Shown in pieces: positions 36,753 through 47,677 of a DNA stretch of 64,000 bases. The stretch is from Heteronotia binoei (taxonomy: Eukaryota). A program made the position numbers and the translations under genes. The notes beneath the pieces are model-generated. The model saw nothing but the letters and a program-made list of their open reading frames with translations, did not search any database and was not told where the DNA came from. Numbering within the stretch: position 1 is the stretch's first letter; the number at the start of each line of letters is the position of its first letter. Where the stretch lies: the NCBI RefSeq assembly GCF_032191835.1, contig NC_083234.1, positions 61,070,001-61,134,000 of the forward strand, written 5' to 3'.

Positions 36753-37844
36753 GACATACTCACATATACACACAAAACCAAAACCCAAATACCCCCATCG
36801 TTTCCCAGATGAGCAGGGACAGGCCATCTTCCAGCAGAGCCCTGCAGTATATTGGGAAGCCATGCGTGGGAAAGGAAGGACGACAGGAGCGCATTCCCTT
36901 GCCGCATGTGAAGGGGAAGACTCAGCAGGGGCCCTGCCAGTCCTGCTTCTCTTTTCAGATCAAGAAAGAAATGTGCATCCCATGAAGTGACCTCTGCCCC
37001 ACTGAAATTCATGCCAGGAGAAACCTGGTTACTCTTTAAAGGTGCCATGTGGTTTTCTTTTGCTACCACCAGTATGGCAGGCTATCCTTTGGAAATGACA
37101 AACTGAGACAGAAAGGTGGAGCAGAGCCTTCTTTCTTCAGCATCCACTACGCTGGGTGGTCTCACAAAATCTTAGAATCATAACATTGGAAGGTACCTCC
37201 AGGGCCATCGAGTCCAACCCCCTGCAACCATCTAGTCCAACCCCCTAACATTTGTTATGAGGGCCGGATCTGGCATAAATGAGACCTTGTTGGGCCGGGC
37301 CAGGCCATGTTGGGCCGGGCCATATGTGTACCTTATTTAAGATTAGGTAGCAGACATATAAACTTTATAAAGAACACAAACACAATTCATTTTTTTTTTT
37401 TGCAGTATTCACTGAATGCTTTTGTTTTGTGTCAGGCAATCCACCTGGAGTCTTAGCGAGATGGAGGGCTGGAAATGAATAAAGCAGATGAGAAATGGGC
37501 TGATCAAAATTAAAAACAGAATTCTATTTCTGCAGGGGTACCTCAAGAATGTCTTTTCATTCAGGTTCATTAAACTTAAATCCCTGGAAGATCATCGCCT
37601 AGAGTGCTTCCTGAGTTGCAGTCCTAGAAGAGGCCCTGTTAATTTCTTTTTAAACTAGGTTTCCAGGCTGCACGGTGCTCCAGCCGCTTACTGCAAAGGA
37701 AGGGTCGTCGATGAAACTGAAACTCCGCCAAACTGCACACACACGGAGGAATCGATAAGCACGGTTACGCCCTGCGGGAGCTATCAGTTGCTCAATTTGC
37801 ATTGCAGGGCAACGGTTAAGGCTGCTGGATGATCTAGATCCAGG

Positions 37845-38150
37845 TGGGCAGCCGTGATGGTCTGAAGTAGTAGAACAAAGCAGGAGTCCAGTGGCACCTC
37901 TATGACCAACCAAGTTTTATTCAGAATGTAAGCTTTCGTGTGCATCCACACTTCTTCATACAATGGAATGGGGTACGGTGAGCAGAACTGCATATAGCTG
38001 GTGGGCAGTGGTTAAGCATGTAAAGTGGTACAAAGTTAGAATCCAAGGGCAAAACAGTGAAATTAAAATCAGAAAACCTTTGATCTGGGTTGCATTAGCC
38101 TGGGAAACCCATAAAACAGTAACCTGTTTTATTCTATTCTATTCAGTTTT
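37845..38150. mobile_element. Penelope-like terminal fragment
   Basis: gggcagccgtgatggtctg...gagtccagtggcacc...cacacttcttca; homologous to about 43600-44110. Confidence 0.6.
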
Positions 38151-38289
38151 ATTCTATTTCTGCAGGGGTACCTCAAGAAAGTCTTTTCGTTCAGGTTAAT
38201 TAAACTTAAATCCCTGGAAGACGGTCGCCTGTTTTATTATGTTACCTGTTTTATTATGTTAACTGGATGATCTAGGCAGGATCCGTTTC

Positions 38290-39060
38290 AAAAGCCATTA
38301 AGCCATGCACTTTCCACAATTGCCTGAAGATGGCGCCAGAGCGTTACAAACGGACCCATTTAGGCAGGGAAATGCCCCACGGGAGCAAGGCAGGAAAGGA
38401 GAAATGTTAGTCTTGAAAGCGCCAAGTGACATCTGCAGACGCCTTTTCCTAGCTTTAGTTGCAAAGGCCTCCCCCTCCTCTCCTCCCCTCCCCTCTCTAG
38501 CGCCTGGCGTTTGCCCAGAGGGACTACAGCTCCTAGCAAAGATTCCCCGCAGCTGTAGAATTGCCCGCCGAGCAGGAAGAAACAAGCCCATTGGCGCCCT
38601 TTTCGTGGCAAATCGCAACTTTCCCCTCCCCCGACTTGTTGCTCCTTCCTTGCCTGAAGAAGGCGAGATCGAGCCCGGGAAAGCGGCTGGCGGGCTGGCT
38701 GCGATGCTCTGGGGATCTCGCAACCTAGCGTCGGGCGCCTTCTTCGCTTGCAGGATGGAAGCTGCCCAGGGCTGGGGTTTCTGGGCTCGGGCGGGCAGCT
38801 GTTGGGCATCTGGGAGGGCGGAGGGCCAAGGAGAACCCTGCTGGTGAGCTGCCCCCGCCAGCTGATCTTATGCTTTCTCAGGCTGCTGGAGGCGCGCCGG
38901 CTCGCTTGTGGAGCGATGCTCTGCCCCGAGGCCGCTCCAGCAGGGCTAGAGGCCAGCGACAGTCCCGCCGCTCAGCAGCTGGAAGGGACCCGATCCGCCG
39001 CCACCGAATGCTACACCAACCAGACCTTTGTGTTTGACGATGGCTGCTCGCACAGGTAAC
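38290..39060. promoter_or_regulatory. CpG island / probable KCNT1 promoter and 5' exon region
   Basis: Sharp rise in GC and CpG content in non-repetitive sequence overlapping the first KCNT1 coding exon; YY1-like AAGATGGCG at 38327-38335. Confidence 0.75.
38916..39055 (+). CDS. KCNT1: KCNT1 (Slack, Na+-activated K+ channel) first coding exon MLCPEAAPAGLEASDSPAAQQLEGTRSAATECYTNQTFVFDDGCSH(R/S)
   Basis: YTNQTFVFDDG matches the human KCNT1 N-terminus GGYTNRTFEFDDGQCAPR, followed by a phase-2 donor CAG|gtaaca; lies in a CpG island. The start codon choice is uncertain. Confidence 0.85.
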
Positions 39061-39306
39061 ACAGTCTTGGCATTTTTAAATTGAAAAACCAAAAGCTTGT
39101 GGTGTCTTTGCACATTCTTGCAACATGAGAAACCCAAGTCCAGACCCTGCCCAGTATCATGCTTCCGACGGAGGTCAGCCAGATGCCTTTCTGAAGCCCC
39201 AAACTAGGTCAAGGATGCCCTCTGGATTTGTCCTGGGCACAGTCCTGGATTCCGAGGCACACTGCTTCTGTAGATAGAGGTTCTGCTCTGTAAGGGTTGC
39301 TAGAAA

Positions 39307-39592
39307 GAGCCCGGTGGAACAGAGTGGTAAAGCTGCAGTACTGCAGTCCTAAGCTCTGCTCACGACTTGCGTTTGATCCCTGCGGAAGCTGGCTTCAGGT
39401 AGCTGGCTCGAGGTTGACTCAGCCTTCCATCCTTCCGAGGTCGGTAAAATGATTACCCAGCTTGCTGGGGGGAAAGTGTAGATGATTGGGGAAGGCAATG
39501 GCAAACCACCCCGTAAAAAGTTTGCCGTGAAAGCAACATCACCCCAGAGTCGGAAATTACTGGTGCTTGCACAGGGGACTACCTGTATCTTT
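39307..39592 (+). mobile_element. Sauria SINE
   Basis: gctgcagtactgcagtc...gaggttgactcagccttccatccttccgagg...ggtgcttgcacaggggactacc. Confidence 0.88.
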
Positions 39593-40681
39593 TTTTGAAA
39601 AAATAGATCTATTAACAAAAACAGAGAGAGAGAGATCTTGGGCTAGTGATTTGAGTGTGGGACGAAGATCTGGGAGATCCACAAAAATATAAGGCTTGTC
39701 TGGTTGTTTTTTTCTTGACACCTGGTTCTGGTAAAGACACTAACCTCTGAACGTGGAGGTTCCATTCAGATATCTTGGTCAATAGTTGCTGGTTCTGCAA
39801 TTTGTCTCCATGTGTGTTTTAAGCCAATTGACTGAGTGGTCTGCATCAAATCTGGTACAGCCATGTAAACTAGGAAGCAAGGAAAACCAGCCAGGTGAAT
39901 CCATTAAGGTTTCTTGGGTTCAGGAAGGGGTAGTCTTCTCGGTAGCAGAAGCTTTTGTATGGATGTGTTATGCCTTCTACTTTCCGTGGGAGAAAAGGTG
40001 AGAGCCACGCGCCCCCAATTTCTGATCACAGAAGTATAGGCAAGGATGAAACATCTGTTTAGTTTTAAAATGAGGTTGTCTTACAGGTGACAAGATGGAG
40101 GTCTACCAAGTTTTTCGTGGCACAGAGAAACTTTTCTCTGCCTCCTGTAACACCAGAACTTGAGGTCACCCTATGGAACTGATTGGCGGTGGATTCCAAG
40201 ATAGATTAAAGGAATTACTTTGTGTCACAGGCAGTGGGCTTGCGGAACTCACTGCCTTGGGGATTAACCCAACCAGACTTGTTTCAGAGATGCATGTGAG
40301 CCTTGAGAGTTCTCTGTCCACACTTGATTCAGTAGCATAGTGAATGGCTTGCCATGCTGGAGCAGGCTGGAGGGAAGCAAAACATAAGCAGTGACTCAGG
40401 CAGAGATGCAGCAGGCAGCTTCTTCTAGGGATTTGGTATTGTAGGCACTCTGGAGCCTTAAATTTAATTTCTCTTGGTGTGTTCATGTTGTGGTACCAAG
40501 GATGTGTGACCAGTTCCCCTGCCTGCCCTCAGTCATGTATGACTTGCCTTTATGTGAGTATCTCTATATAAGCTGGTAGGGTGTGATGTTTAGAGCTTGC
40601 ACTACAACCTGGAACAACTAGGTTCAAATCCCTCCCTTGATCACGGAAACCTGCTAGGTGACACCCTGTGCCCTGCCACTG

Positions 40682-40875
40682 TCCCCTGACCTAGATAGCC
40701 CAGGCAATCCTGATCACATCAGATCAGGGTCAGCTCTGGCAAGTACTTGGATTGGAGACCTCCTTGGAATACCAGCAGTCAGGAGGCAGAGGCAGGCTTT
40801 ATTCAGCCACCTCCCAGAATATTCTCTAGGCCCCCAGTAGATGTCAGTCACTAGAGGTCACCATGACTTCCTGGT
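40682..40875 (+). mobile_element. 5S-derived SINE
   Basis: Homologous to 2571-2765. Confidence 0.7.
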
Positions 40876-41526
40876 GTGTGCATGCATGTGCACACATATA
40901 TACACACACACACAAATACAAAAATGCAGGAAAAGAAAAAGAACAAAGAAACCTGCCGGGTGACCTTGAGCCAGTCACAACCTCTCAGCCTAACTTACCC
41001 TCATAAGGTTGTTGTGGTGCGTATTAAGTGGGAGAAGGGGAAACTATGTGAAAAACCACTTTGAGTTCAAAAGGGAAACCTTTGAGCTCAAAACCACTTT
41101 GAGCTCAAAAGGGAAAGTGGTCTATAAATAAAAAAAAACATCATTTCTCTCTCTCCTTCCCATAAATCACTTGTTCCCATCATCACATTGCTTACTGTAG
41201 GGCATCCTGTATGGGAATGAGCATCTCTTGGGTCCTTTCTACATGGTCCCTCTGAGCATCTCATGGGTCCTTTCTACACAGGTTATTTACCCCTTATGTG
41301 ATGGTTTTGGGAACTGGGTTCCCTCCCGTTTTGCTTCCCCAAAACATCATGTTGCATTTGTGTACTTGCCCTGGGTTTCCCTGATATTTCTCATACTTGC
41401 ATTGCTCCAAAGCTTTGGGAAACTTTATTTATTTATTTATTTGGCTTATGTTCTGCCCTTTCCCGTAAATGGGCTCAACAAAACCAACAACCCGACCCCC
41501 CCTACAAATCAGAGTTAAAACAATAC

Positions 41527-41820
41527 ATTGGCGCAGAGTTGTAATGCTGCAGTACTGCAGTCTGAGCTCTCTGCTGACAACCTGAGTTCGATCCTGGCGG
41601 AAGCTGGGTTCAGATAGCCGGCTCAAGGTTGACTCAGCCTTCCATCCTTCCAACGTCAGTAAAATGAGTACCCATGAGCTTGCTGGGGGTAAAGTGTAGG
41701 TGACTGGGGAAGGCAATGGCAAAGCACCCTGTAAAAAGTCTGCCGTAAAAACGTCATGATGCAACATCACCCCAGAGTCAGAAACGACTGGTGCTTGCAC
41801 AGGGGACTACCTTTAGCCTT
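41527..41820 (+). mobile_element. Sauria SINE
   Basis: Homologous to 39307-39592. Confidence 0.85.
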
Positions 41821-41992
41821 TTAAAATTAAATAAGGCAGGAACAATAAAACAATAGTTAAATGCATCAAAGATGGGAAGGGCACATTGTTCAAGATAAAC
41901 ATCACAGAAAAGCTTGGATGGGTGCTGTGTGAGTGGGGCAGTTGGATTCTCCCTGCCCTGCCTATGCAAGCAGCCATGTGCCCTGCCCACAT

Positions 41993-42127
41993 GTGGAACT
42001 CACTGCCACAGGAGGTGGTGGTGGCCACAAGCATAGCCACCTTCAACAGGGGGTTAGATAAAAATATGGAGCAGAGATCCATCAGTGGCTATTAGCCACA
42101 GTGTGTACATGTGTGTGATGTGTGTGA

Positions 42128-42159
<32 letters not shown>

Positions 42160-42246
42160 ATTTTTTTAGCCACTGTGTGACACAGAGTGTTGGTCTGGAT
42201 GGGCCATTGGCCTGATCTAACCTGGCTTCTCTTATGTTCTTATGTT
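41993..42246 (+). mobile_element. CR1 LINE 3' end with internal (TG)n
   Basis: ggaactcactgccacaggaggtgg...ggcttctcttatgttcttatgttc tail. Confidence 0.85.
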
Positions 42247-42457
42247 CCCCGATTTCCTCTTTGTGCCACTGGAGCTCTTTGTAAAAAAAAACCAAACAGT
42301 AATATCATTCTATCTATGTAATGTTAATATGTGTAATAGGTTCTGTGCATTCCCAGCTTTCATTTTTAAATGTGTCCAGCCCCTTTTGTTACAAAGATGC
42401 TCCTTTCCCCTTATATCTCCATAACAAAATGAAAGCTGGGAATTCACAGAACCTGTG

Positions 42458-42955
42458 GCCACATGTGGACCATAAGGAAGGCTGAGCACAGAATAATAGA
42501 TGCTTTTGAGCTGTGGTGCTGGAGAAGAATCTTGAGAGTCCCTTGGACTGCAAGAAGATCCAGTCAGTCAGTCCTAAGGGAAATCAACCCAGACTGTTCC
42601 CTGGAAGGTCAGATGCTGAAGCTGAAGCTCAAATACTTTGGCCACCCAAGGAGAAGGGAGCCCTCACTGGAGAAGATCCTGATGCTGGGAAAGACAAAAG
42701 GCAAAAGAAGAAGGGGATGGCAAAAAGATGAGATGGCTGGACAGCGTTAGTGTTGTAAAAAGGTAAAGGTAGTCCCCTGTGCAAACACCAGTTGTTTTCG
42801 ACTCTGGGGTGACGTAGTTTTCACGTTTTCATGGCAGACTTTTTACAGTTACTGATGTAACTAACATGAATTTGAGCAGACTTTGGAGGATGGTGGAAGA
42901 CAGGAGGGCCTGATGTGACTTTGTCCATGGGGGTTGCAAAGAGTCGGACAGTGAC
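42458..42955 (+). mobile_element. BovB (RTE) LINE 3' fragment interrupted by an antisense partial Sauria SINE (about 42758-42850)
   Basis: WTIRKAEHRIIDAFELWCWRRILRVPWTARRSSQSVLREINPDCSLEG is the BovB ORF C-terminus; 3' end gggttgcaaagagtcggaca. Confidence 0.85.
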
Positions 42956-44638
42956 CACATTAAAAAACACATTTAAAAGCCCAAAAGATGGGAATGGCTG
43001 CTGCTCAAGGACTGTGACAGGAAAACGATGGGGAAACTTCCCATGTGGGGAAGCCCTGTTGCCCTGTGTTTTATTGGCAGCCACAGCAGCGATGGGGGAA
43101 ATATCATGATGTGGGAACCCTGAACAGAGCAGCTTCTGATGAGGATCAGCAATTTGTGCGTGTGTGCATGCGTATCCACATGGTATCAAGTGGGAACAGA
43201 TGCTTTCTAAAGGCCAGCTTTTGTCTGGGTTGGGATATTCAAGCTCCATTGGGAACATTGCCCCTCTCTCCCGGAATCCCTTGGATGCAGTAAATCTGCC
43301 ACCATCAATCTGTTAGCCTTTCAGGTGACACCTTTCTATTTTTTGCCACAGCAGACTTCGCACGGCTGTGCCGCTGGGATCCGTCTCTTGGAACTTGTTT
43401 CTGACAGGATTGCAGCAGCAACTGTCTATTTCAGGCTTGATGTTTCCTTAGGCTGAGCCAGGTCATTGGTCAATCAAGATCAGGATTGACTGTTCTGACC
43501 TGCAGCAGCTCTCCAGGGTCTCAGGTGTCACATCACCTCCTGCTTGGTCCTTTCGACTGGAGATGTTGGGGATTGAACTTGTGACTTCCTTGAGGCATGA
43601 TAACAAAGTAGGAGTCCAGCAGCACCTTTAAGACCAGCAAAATTTTATTCAGAATGTAAGCTTTCATGTGTGCATGCACACTTCTTCAAATGAGAAATCA
43701 GGTACAGTAAGCAGAGCTACATATAACTGGTAGGCAGTGGTTAGGAATGCAAAATGGTACAAATTTAAAATCCAGTTAAAAAGAAGGTAGTCCCCTGTGC
43801 AAACACCAGTCGTTTTCGACTCTGGGGTGACGTTGCTTTCACAACGTTTTCATGGCAGACTTTTTACGGGGTGGTTTGCCATTGCCTTCCCCAGTCATCT
43901 ACACTTACAGAATAGTAAAATTAACAAATTGAGCAAACCTTTGATCTGGGTAGCACAAGTGTGAGAAACCAATAAAACAGTAACATGTCAAAATGTGAGA
44001 ATGTCTGCTGATCACTCTATTGTTTATAAGCCTGGGCCAAAATAAGGGCATTTCTTTCTCAGAAGTTTTTCCCATCCAACTCATTTCCGTTTTAATATGC
44101 AACATACATATAGTTTGCCATTAGAAGAAAAATACATTAAAATATAGTGGAAGATGGATCTAGTACATGTAATGAGATAGACAACTCTACCCATGAGCGG
44201 TGGCCCTTCCGTGAAGCCATGGCCCCTTTAAAATTATGCTGGAGGGCAGCCCTCCGTCTAAGCTGTGAAGTCTTCTGAGCCAAAATTCCACTTTGTGAGC
44301 TTCTAGCATTACGACTGCTGGCAAGCCATTTGGCCACCACATAAATCAGTTTGCTCTGGGGCCATCCTTCCTGAGCCAAGACAGAAATGTGGTAGCTGGA
44401 GGCCCAAAACCTGTGAGCTTGCTCACACTAACTCAGCTTGGAGGGAACGCTGGAGGAGGGACTCTGTGATGCCTTGGGCAGGGATGCCTCGAATGTTGTT
44501 GTTGTTGTTCTTGATTTATTGACCACCCTCCCCCACAAACAGGACTCAGGGCTGCCTACAACGAAACATGTACAATAAGTGATTTAAGTTAAAACCAACA
44601 TTAAAGCTTAATATCAGTTGGTGTTTAATGGTAATCAA

Positions 44639-44940
44639 GAGCCCCGTTGCGCAGAGTATTAAAGCTGCAGTATTGCAATCCTAAGCTCTGCTCACGACCT
44701 GAGTTCAATCCCCGGTGGAAACTGGGTTTTCAGGTAGCCGGCTCGAGGTTGACTCAGCCTTCCATCCTTCCGAGGTCAGTAATATGAGTACCCAGCTTGC
44801 TGGGAGCAAAGTGTAGATGACTGGGGAAGGCAATGGCAAACCATCCCATAAAAAAGTCTGCTGTGAAAACGTTGTGAAAGCAATGTCACCGCAGAGTCGG
44901 AAACGACTGCTGCTTGCACAGGGGACCTTTCCTTTCCTTA
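44639..44940 (+). mobile_element. Sauria SINE
   Basis: Homologous to 39307-39592. Confidence 0.86.
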
Positions 44941-45020
44941 ATGGTATTGGGAATCCATCTTGACAAGTCTATGGAATGGGAGCATGGCTTGGCTTCTGGC
45001 AAACTTTTCGGACTTCAGAA

Positions 45021-45212
45021 GGATAACCCAGGCAAGCCCAATCTCATTGATCTGAGAAGCTAAGCAGGGCCAACCCTGGTGAGTACTTGGAAGGGAAACC
45101 TCCAAGGGAATACCAGGGCTGGGACTCAGAGGCAGGCTTTATTCAGCCAACTCTCTGAAAAATGTCCAGGCTCCAGTAGGGGTTGCTGGAGGTCACCATG
45201 ACTCCCAGGCAT
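45021..45212 (+). mobile_element. 5S-derived SINE
   Basis: gatctgagaagctaagcagggccaaccctggtgagtacttggaagggaaacc. Confidence 0.78.
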
Positions 45213-46100
45213 GCAAGCAAACACCTAAAAAACCCTTTAAAAATCAGATTGAGCTATAAGAACCAGTATTATACTTGGCATTTAAGATCAAAGGTCTATC
45301 TTATCCAACAGCTTCTTTCCCACAGTGGCCAAGGAGACTAAAGGTAAGGGGAGGGGAGGGAAACATGATGAAATATAAAATTCCTCCCCCCCCCCCATAT
45401 TGAACCTTTTAAAAAGTTGTGTTTGGGGTCTTTGCCCCCAATTTGTTCTCACGGTGGCCAGCCAGAGGCCTCCAGGAGACTCAGCCAAAAAAGCATGAAG
45501 GTCTCCGCTGTGGTCCCTCTCAGCTGTCTCTGAATGTGGAGCTTCCTCTATTGGGCTATCGTAGCGGCTGACAGACCACTGCCATCTCTTCCTTCATGAC
45601 ATCTTGTACTTCCCTTTTGAAAGCCTTCAAAGTCAGTGGAGGTCACCCCATTGTGTGGCCGTGCATTCCTCCAATTACTTTTTATGAAGAACGTTTGTCA
45701 GTTGGCTTAATTAAAAAAGATGTGGGAGATAACAAGGTTGGCCCTCCGGCCAGTTTTAATCTTTCTTTAAAAGCAGCCGTGGGAGGTGGCTACGTAATTT
45801 GGATGGGGGCTTGCGTTCTTCTACCTTCGCCCTCACCTCATTTAGACAACACCCCGCCAGGTAATGACTGCCTTGGGCAAGGGGAGAGGGGGACTAATAG
45901 CTGCTGTGGGGAGGGAGGGAAGGAGGGATATTCTCTCTGCGGTGGATGAAAGCTCCCCCTTCCAGCACTCCAGATTAATATGGAGGCAGGCTTTAAAGAA
46001 AATGAGAGGTGGCTGGAGAGTCAGTTAGGTGTCTCGAGCATTTCATCTGACTGTGCTAGGGATGCCAGCCTGCCGATGGGACCTGGGGGTCCCCTAAAAT

Positions 46101-46258
46101 CAGGGCTTTTTTTGGTAGCAGGAACTCCTCTGCATATTAGGCCACACACCCCTGATGTAGCCAATCCTCCAAGAGCTTAGAGGGTCTACTGAGGATTGGC
46201 TGCATCAGGAGTGTGTGAGTGGGTGTGTGTGGAGTTCCTTCTACAAAAAAAAGCCCTG
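46101..46258. mobile_element. Palindromic hAT MITE (centre deleted)
   Basis: TSD cctaaaat/cctagaat. Confidence 0.8.
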
Positions 46259-46757
46259 CCTAGAATTATCAACTCATTTCCAGACTATAGAGATTAGTGT
46301 CCCTGGGGGAAATGGCTGCTTTGGAGGGTGGATTCTATGGTATTGTACCCCACTGAGGTCCCTGTCCTCCCCATCCCCAGATCTCCAGGAGTTTCCCAAC
46401 CTCATCCCATCCCTCCCTGGTGGCCAGGGGGGACCTGGCAGCCCTAGCTGTGACATCTGTGTTAGGACAATGGGGAAAGGAAACAGCAGACCCCCCTCCT
46501 GATATTCTTTACAGTGACCCATTCTCCCCCTCCTTCAAATCCCTGTTCAAAACTCTTTCTCCGTGAGGACTCTGGTACAACAATGTGGTGTTGTGGTTAG
46601 AGGGGTTGACTAAATGTGGGAGATCTAGGTTCAAGTCCCCACTCTCCCGTGGCAGCTCACTGGGTGACCTTGGGCCAGTTACACTCTCAGTCTAGCCTAT
46701 CTCACAAGGTTATGGTGAAGATAAAATTGGAGGAACGGAGAATGATGTATATTCATG

Positions 46758-46876
46758 CAGGGCTTTTTAAAAAAAGAAAAGGCCCAGCAGGAACTCATTT
46801 GCATATTAGGCCACACCTCCGAATGCTAAGCCAGCCAGAACTGTGTTCCTGTGCGTTCCTGCTCAAAAAAGCCCTG
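46758..46876. mobile_element. Octamer-bearing hAT MITE (short)
   Basis: TSD tattcatg/tatttatg. Confidence 0.8.
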
Positions 46877-47361
46877 TATTTATGTGTTTGTTTATTTACA
46901 AGCATTTATTAGCTGCTTTTCTCCCTTATGGAACTCAGTGCAATGTAGATAAAGCAATTACATAATATGAATAAACCGACAATTATAAAAACACATAAAA
47001 GGTCACAATTTAAAGATTCCAATTTGGAGGGCTGCCACTAAATAAAAATTAGATCAGTTAAATGCAATCTTAAATAAAACTTGTCTTCAACTCCCAGGGT
47101 CCAGGCACATCTCCTTGGGGAGGCTGTTCTATAATCATGGGGCTGCCACCAAAAAAGGCCCTGTCTCATGTGCCTACCAGAAGAGCTTTTTTGACTGGTG
47201 GGGCAGTCAGAATGGACTCTATGGTCTTATGCTGCTTTGGGTTCTTATTGGAGATCAAGGCAATATATCAATGAAACAAACAATCACCTTAGGCTTAGTT
47301 TCAGCAAGGGATGATAGTACATGTAGCTGAGAAAAGTACTCAGTGCTCCCTGACTGTACCA

Positions 47362-47677
47362 CAGGAGTGGCCAAACTGTGGCTCGGGAGCCACATGTGGC
47401 TCTTGCACGCATACTATGTGGCTCTTGAAACCCCCACGGCCCCACCAGCTGGCTTGGAGAAGGCATGTCTCTCTTTAAATCACTTCTCCAAGCCAAACCA
47501 GCCGGCAGCTTAGAGAATGCATTTAACATTAAAGTTGCTTTTTCCCCACTTCTCTGCCCATCTATTTGCCTTCCTTCCTTGCAGCTCTCAAACATCTGAT
47601 GTTCGTGTCTTGCGGCTCTCAAGCATCTGATGTTTATTCTTTGTGGCTTTTACATTAGGCAAGTTTGGCCACTCCTG
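47362..47677. mobile_element. hAT MITE (CAGGAGTGGCCAAAC termini)
   Basis: TSD ctgtacca/ctctacca. Confidence 0.8.

Noticed and set aside
38298-38847. 141-180 aa ORFs in the CpG island
   Set aside because: Expected from high GC content; no recognisable domain. Only the 38755 ATG part is kept as a low-confidence lead.
43352-43445. Exon candidate after a NAGNAG acceptor (RLRTAVPLGSVSWNLFLTGLQ...)
   Set aside because: In the KCNT1 phase it hits TAG with no convincing GT donor before it; no similarity to KCNT1 exon 2.
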